A DNA stretch of 64,000 nt from Paraspadella gotoi (Eukaryota > Animalia > Chaetognatha). Under the pieces are notes generated by a model. The model was not told where the DNA came from. It saw only the letters and a program-made list of their open reading frames with translations, and searched no databases. Positions 56,826-64,000 of the stretch are shown here, piece after piece. Where the stretch lies: NCBI GenBank assembly GCA_051294375.1, contig CM119263.1, forward strand, positions 7,860,635-7,924,634, given 5' to 3'. The position numbers were made by a program, and so were the translations under genes. Position 1 is the stretch's first letter. Every line of letters begins with the position of its first letter.

Positions 56826-58764
56826 ACCCCAATTCCCAATTGAAACGAACTCAACGATGATGAGGAACAAATTTCCAGTTTTCGCTTCGAGTCAGATTCG
56901 ATGATCGACGATTTTTTTGAAAAGAGAAAAGGAAACTCAAAATGGGTTCGAAAACATCGGGAGCCTCGCGGGGAAGTAGCCAACCTTCTTTATTATTTAT
57001 ATTTATACCCTTTGTGGTGCAAGGAGGCATTGGCAGAGCGTGAGCGGCAATGATTTGGTGTTAGTACGAGCTTTAACAATTTTACACAAAAATATATTAG
57101 GTATTTAGGATATCTTCGGATATCGCAAGTCGAGACGCAACTAAAGTTTTTTTTAAACATTAAACAAAGAATTGAAAATCAAATTATTTGGACATTTATA
57201 TTATATAGCCCTTGCCTAATGCCTAAGAAAGAATTCGTTGGATGATTATGTCGCTTTGTCAAACGCCAGGAAACGCGTCATGCAAAAAAAAAAAAAAAAA
57301 AGGGAAAAAGTCAAAAGTTAATAGGATTAGGAAAGGGAAATATCTATCGACTCGGAAATACAATGAGCCTTCGCTTCTATATCTCGTTTGGCAATCGAAG
57401 ATGCTCTATCTTTTCAAGGCGAAGGCTTACTTTGGCTCGACTTCCTTAAGCCCCCCTCTCCCGACCCCCCATATAATTCCTCCCCCCCCCTCCCAAATGC
57501 CCCGAATCTTTCAAGATGCGCTGCCAAATGCTCCTACTTATAACGAGGGCGCGAGCGAAAGATCGATTTTCCGGAATCTTGACGCTGAAAACGATTTTCC
57601 GTCCTTATCGGGGTTTTTATTGTTTTCCAGCCGAGAATTAGGGATCCTCTTTTCATTCCGTTCGTCCTTTTTTTTTCTTTTGTGTTCCTCTCTTCTCGTC
57701 TTCAAACGAAAAGACGCTTTGTGGGGTCAAAAGGTCCATTTTCCTGGGCGTTGATTTTCATGCTAATCGCCACCGGACGCGTTTCCCGCCCGATTTCCAT
57801 TCTCTCGTATTCCTCCCGGCAGACCAATTTTTTTTTCTTTAAATACGGACAATTTTCCGGACGAGTTCCCTCGAATCCCGAGTCAATTATCCCATTGAAT
57901 CCGCGGAATCGCTAGCTTGGTTGATGACTTACGCTCCCCAATTATTCAAAGGCGTTTTTCCCCAATTACGCGGACACGGTCCTCCCTCTTTTCCCCCGTT
58001 GGCGATTTTCTATCTCTCATCTCTATTCCAGACTCGATCTTTATATCTTCGCCTTACCCGTTACCTCACCCGGAGTAGTCGTTGTTGTTATTGTTGACGT
58101 CGTCACCACCGTCAATTACGATGTCAAACATTTGGATCGATCCCTCTTCCTCAAAACGGGCGTTAAAGCTGGAGGACATCCAAAGAATACTCGATTTTGA
58201 GTGAACGCCTTTCTGGGCTTATTACTCAACCCATCCTATTCGCTCACTCTTCCTGGTTTGTTTCGATTCCTACGCTAACGAATGAAGATAACAACTTTTT
58301 CCGGTTGGAATATAATACATAATAACATTTAGTGTGGTGAATCCGTGATTCGTAATTTTGAAATTGTCAGTCGTATATTGGTATACAATTTCTCAAAGTA
58401 TTGCTAATAAACATTATAATACCTACTTAAATTTTTTAATAACAAAACTTCCGCCATCATCTCTGCAGTCGTCGTCATCGTCGTCGTTGTTATTGTTGTT
58501 GTTGTTATAATTGATTGAATAGGATCAATTCACAGGTTCAGCGATGCGTATTTTCGTTTGCTCGCGGGCGGACAGAATAACGACGACGCGTCGGAGACGA
58601 GGAAGGGGCGAAAGCAAGAGAAAAGAAGTGAGAGGGGGGGCGAAGGAATGAGAATACTCTACAAGTGAAAAAAAGAGGGGGGGCGGGACTCGATCGCCCG
58701 ACATCAGAACTTCAAACTCTTCGATCGATAAGAAAAAACTCGATCGCTTCTTCCTTCCGTTTTG

Positions 58765-58806
<42 letters not shown>

Positions 58807-58821
58807 GAGAGAGGAGAGAGC

Positions 58822-58853
<32 letters not shown>

Positions 58854-59165
58854 TCAATAAGCGGTGATAGTGAGAATGTCAAAGGGTGGGTTCGGTCGCC
58901 ACTCGGCGGCGTCTTCTGCTGGCGCGAAAACGATCGTCGAGGCGCGCAGCTGCCTGCCGATCTGGCTCGGGCTGGGGCTCGGCTGGGGCGGCCAGAGGCC
59001 CCGGGCAAAGACATCGGCTCGAGGAGAAAAGAGATGGAGGAGATTGTTTCGCTAAAATTGATGCCGACGCGAGGCGTATCAAGGCTTAGAGACCGCCTGG
59101 TCAACAAAGCATCCGGAGTTAAATTCTTCTCTCTCTTCTCTCTCTCTCTCTCTCTCTCCTCTCTC

Positions 59166-59214
<49 letters not shown>

Positions 59215-62200
59215 TCTCTCTCTTCTCTCTCTTCAAAACAAAGGGTACCAAGTCCTTCTCTTTCTCTCTTTTTACAGCGTTTGTCCGCTCTATATTTTAA
59301 GTTGTTTTGCTCTTCCTCTTCTGGGTTCGCATTCATTTGCTCATCTCGAGTTCGTTCAACTCAACATCAATCACTTGTTGCGTGTCACGTCACTCGAGGA
59401 CCGCGCCCCACTGACCTACTTACCGGACCATTAAAAGGCTGACCTCGCCCATCTCCGTCCAATTAAAGTTCCGCTTTTGTCTCATTCGTCTACCCAGGCG
59501 GAAATTCTTTTGGGTGACCGCGGAGAGAGACGGAACATAGAGGAGTCGTCGTTGTTGCGGTCTGTTTCTTATATGGTACATGTTATATGTTTAAATAGTT
59601 TTATATTTAATTATTATAAATTATTATAATATGTAGTATATTTTTATTGGTTGTTATATTTATTTAAATACGTATAGTATTTATATAATCTTATAACGTA
59701 TTTGACCAATGAATAACGTGGCGAACGTGTCTCGTGCTGATTTTGTCCTTTTAAAATCGTTTCTGAGCAATAGTTGAATTCACTCTTTTGGTTATGTGCG
59801 ATATACACTACCTGGCATATCTGTATCTGACATACCTTGACTCACAAAAGCTACTAGATCAAAATAGTTAAAAAGATGAGATATAGCTGAAAGCTTAATT
59901 TTCGCCCTTGCTTTTCATATGCAAAAATATTATTTATTAAAACAACTTTACGATACCTGTTACGAGACCAAGCATGAATATTTTTCTCTCATTTCTTCAA
60001 TTCTTATGATATTTGTTTGTAATAGTCCATTATCTAAATACATATGCAAATTCTTTTCAATTTTTTTAGAATGGAAGTTTCTCTGCTTACTCCTTGTGTC
60101 TAATTATTTAATGATTTTAAAGGTATTTTCAAAACCTTATATTTATTATTTTTCACTTTTTTCAATTTTTCAAACAAAACAAATCATAAAAAATTTTAAT
60201 TAATAAAAAAATTGATTGATGATTTGGAAAAAATAATTTGACTGGATAATGGTTATGAGTCAGGAAAAAAATTTTTTGCATTTAAAAAAATCAGCCTCTA
60301 GCCTTTCGATTTTTCTAGAGGGCTGATTTTTTATTTTTTTGATATTTTAATTTTCTATGCAAAACCATTATCTTCAATGAGCCCATAGGTCGGATGAATT
60401 TTTTTCCCAACAATTTGAAAAATTTTCAACTTTTCTATTACGTTTTTGGGGAAATAAAATAATAATTATTTATGATGGGTACATCTGAAGTGATATGTTT
60501 AAATGACAAAAATTTTCTTCAAGTTTTATTTTTGAAATTTAAGTTTTACAGAATAGCTGAGATACTCCCGCTTTGCCGAATTTTTATTTTAACAGAAGAT
60601 TTGTACTGCGTATTACAAAGTTTATTTTTTTTAAATACTTTTGAAGAAGAGTAGCAAGGTGGATGTGGGTATCAATAAGCCTATCATGGACAACCTTTCT
60701 AAAAGAAGTTTTAATATAAATATATCAATAAAAATCTGTTCACGTTTTTTTTAATCAGAGTCTAAAAGAAATTAACGTTTTTATGCTCTTTTAATTTCAA
60801 TGAACATATTGAAATTTTTTCTTTTTCTTTATGTATTTGAAAGGAAAAGAACTAGAATCTTACATTTGATTTATTTTAAATTTTTAGTTATTCATAAATG
60901 CTTAGATTTTACAGTTAAAGTCAAAAAACAAGCAAAAATTTATGTTGTAGCTTAGATAATATATTTATCAATATTAATGATAAAATACAAAAGTTAATTC
61001 AGCTTGATTAACAGTCGGACATTCTTCTATGTCTGTTTGATAAAAAAAATCGATCATTTTCTTATCTTAACTGCAACTAGAAGTTAGCACACACTGTTGT
61101 TCTATTTTGAAGTTGTAGAAAATTATATATAGCTAGGTAACAATACGATTTGCCACAAAAGCATCTACAACCATCATATGTATTACTAATTCTTGCTTAC
61201 TGATAATTTTTTTAAATAATTAGCAAGGAATTATATTATTAATTTTCTCCATTTAATGATAGAAAAAATAATTCTCGGTAAGCCCATGGAAAGGTTCATG
61301 CTGAGATTTAATGATGAATTTATTAGAATTTCTTTACTTTCGCCCCATTTCACAAAAGATATTATAAAGTCATGGTATCTGTCCTTAATAAGTCCAGATG
61401 GGTATCTGTACACCTTTCTGCCGACCTGCCATTCCATAATTCTTCACTTTTTCCCTTTCAAAATGTTACTATAACATGAAAGACAAACATATTTGAATTT
61501 GCGTGATGAATCCAATCAGCGGCGGCGATTGGGAGGGATGCCATTGGGGTAAGCCTTAGTTACCCCCACTTCCCAGATCGAATTTTTAAATGAGGTTTTT
61601 TCCTCTATTTGGAGGGGACATAACAGTTAACTATTAGTCACTATTATTTTTTCTATTTTTCTTCATTTGACACAATTCTGATAATATGATAAGTAACTTT
61701 TAGAAAAATTTATCATCTTTCACCCTATATTCGTCATATCAAAAAACAAAAAAGGATTTTGCATTGACTATTTTGAGATTTCGCATATGAAACTATAGTT
61801 TCAAAAATAAAAGGAAGTATAATATATTGAACAGAGAATTTTTTTATCACGGAACGTACGTTTTACGCCATTTTCATTGGTGTTATATATGATTTGGTCT
61901 GGCCGAATGCGTATTTTCAGTTAGCACTTTCGAGAGGCATCGACTAAGTAGAATGGAATAAAAGGTTAAATACAGTATGTTTTTTCTTTCTTTTTGAGTT
62001 AATCAGGTGGGGAACTGTTTATACGAAAGAGGGTTGAACAACCAGAGGTCAGAGTTAGGATTAAAGGCTAAATAAAGGATAAAGGAAAGAAATAAAGGAG
62101 GAAAAAAAAGTTGATCCATTTAAACGAATGTAAAGTCGAGCAATGTTAAGTGAAATTGAGTTGTTGATACTGAAATTATACTACGTTGTGGTAAAGTCTC

Positions 62201-62555
62201 AGTTATGTCAAAGAAGACGAACGAAGTCAAGTTATGCGAAGTCTGAAGAAAGAAATCTTTACTCAGCAAATCGAAAGGCCGTCGGCTTCGACGAAATCAA
62301 AGCAAAAACTCGCGCGAAAATCGGTGCAGTTCTTTCGATTTGACAGTGGGTCATTTATTGGCCGGATATTATATTAAGGGAATTGGTTTTGGGGGCGTAC
62401 AGTGGGTCACTGTTTGTCTAGCGGAGGGTCGTCACGAATCGGGGCCAATCACGTTTCGTTGTCGTCGTCGTCTTCTTCGTCTCGTCGCTCAACTTCCGGC
62501 GTTTTTCTGCTCCGTTTCGTCTCTTGTTTCACGGGATCATTTTGAAGGCGCTGAC

Positions 62556-62646
62556 GACGCCGGGACCGACGCCGGGACCGACGCCGGTGCCGACGCCGGT
62601 GNNNNNNNNNNTGCCGACGCCGGTGCCGACGCCGGGACCGACGCCC
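62556..62646. repeat. 12-bp minisatellite spanning an assembly gap
   Basis: gacgccgggacc/gacgccggtgcc units on both sides of the N run at 62602-62611. Confidence 0.9.
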
Positions 62647-63012
62647 ACCAGTTCAGTCGGGATTTGGGTCAGAGGAACAAACACCCGATCAGAGAGGAAG
62701 TGAGGAAAAGAAGAAAGAATTCGGGAATGACGCGGAAGTCTGCGCTTGCCATCCTCATCCCTCCCAACCCTCTTTCATTCCCCCTTCCCCCCCCCTCCCG
62801 CCAAAAAAACCCCACACTTCCTCCAACTTTCGTTCTAAAACGATTCAAGAAAAAAAACATATGGACGACGACGACGACGACAATAACAACAACGACGACG
62901 ACGTCATCGCGCTCGTTTCGATGCCATCTGTTCCGAATTGAAAAAAAAAATGGAATCTTTTTCGCGCTCAGATGAGCAAAGGGAGAGAAAAAAAGAAGCA
63001 AACACGAAATAT

Positions 63013-63052
<40 letters not shown>

Positions 63053-63199
63053 AGGGAGGAGAAGAGAGAGAGAGATGAAGGGGCTTCTTTTCTCCGATTG
63101 TTATCGTCGCTCTAATAACTGACTGGTCGAGCCTTGGCGTCCACCTCGCGTGACACCCAAGCCAGTATTGAGAGAGAGGAGAGAGAGGAGCAGGAGAAG

Positions 63200-63236
<37 letters not shown>

Positions 63237-64000
63237 CGTTTCATCGAAGTCGGCCGTCGCTGCTCTTCATGATTTATTAATTTAATAAAATTTTTAAGTC
63301 CGCGGGTCGGAAAAGTAAAATTTGATCCGGTGCTTCGGGTGGAGTCGAGCTTCGTCATCGTCGTCGTTATGGTCGTCGTTTTCGTCGTCGTCGTCGTTGT
63401 CGCCTGCAAGAGGATTTTGTCGCAAACAAAAGGATGAAAGAAGAACACAACCGACGGATTGTCTTCGGACTTGGAGTTGATGTTAGACATCGTCGTTGTT
63501 GTCGTCGTCGTTCGTCGTCGTCGTTCGTCGCATTCTTTTTCTCTGTGCGTCAAAGCGGAAACCGGAACTAGAAGTATGAACGCGCGATCGTCGTGTGGCA
63601 TCCGGGGTTTAACCGTTGGGGGGGGGGAAAGCTTGTTTGATGGAATCTCGGAATCCCTGGGTTTTGAGTGAAAGAATACAATTTTCGATGGAATATGAAA
63701 AATGAAACTACTAGAATAAAATAAGGAAAATTAATTGTCGATGTTTGGCTTTAATTTCAATACAATTTCTTCGCTTTCTTTTTCCATGGCTTATTGTTTT
63801 CATTTGGTAATTGTAATATGTACGTACATGTTGACCGGGCTTCGGTTAGCATCAATATTTTTCATTCTGGCTCATGTCAACATTTGCTTAGTGTTTTTCT
63901 TTAACTCGCTAATTTGGAAATCCGGATTTTTGTGAGTTTTCGTTTGAGATAAAAAAGTTGATTTTGGACAAAAAAAAGGATTTTTGAGATTTTATCGGAA

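Noticed and set aside
60240-61620. AT-rich region with short inverted repeats (aaatcagcc/ggctgattt), possibly a decayed DNA transposon
   Set aside because: No termini, TSD or transposase motif could be defined.
62340-62975. 211-aa ORF with DAGT repeats
   Set aside because: It crosses an N gap in a minisatellite, is low complexity and has no supporting splice structure.

Overview
Compact, intron-rich eukaryotic DNA, most likely from an invertebrate animal. It has GC-rich exons with GAC runs, AT-rich introns and many (GA)n/(TTTC)n microsatellites, so most six-frame ORFs are artefacts. All gene models below were spliced by hand and checked for reading-frame phase. In order: a possible secreted prepropeptide gene (-), an intronless divergent VHL-like gene (+), an LCCL+VWA cochlin-like gene (+), a type I PIP5K (-), an atypical tetraspanin (+), and a ciliary gene block. 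That block has JHY (-) facing away from IQCD/DRC10, AHI1 and WDR93 (all +), which are separated by only 391 and 209 nt and have RFX X-box-like sites nearby. Mobile DNA includes tRNA-headed SINEs, hAT and Tc1/mariner MITEs, Helentron-like elements, a solo-LTR-like insert and Penelope-type palindromes, one carrying a minimal hammerhead ribozyme with an intact core. Best leads: the operon-like ciliary cluster, the intronic hammerhead palindrome, recurrent GC-AG introns, the VHL pocket changes, the CCA tetraspanin and the candidate neuropeptide precursor. Family assignments come from recalled motifs; no database searches were run.
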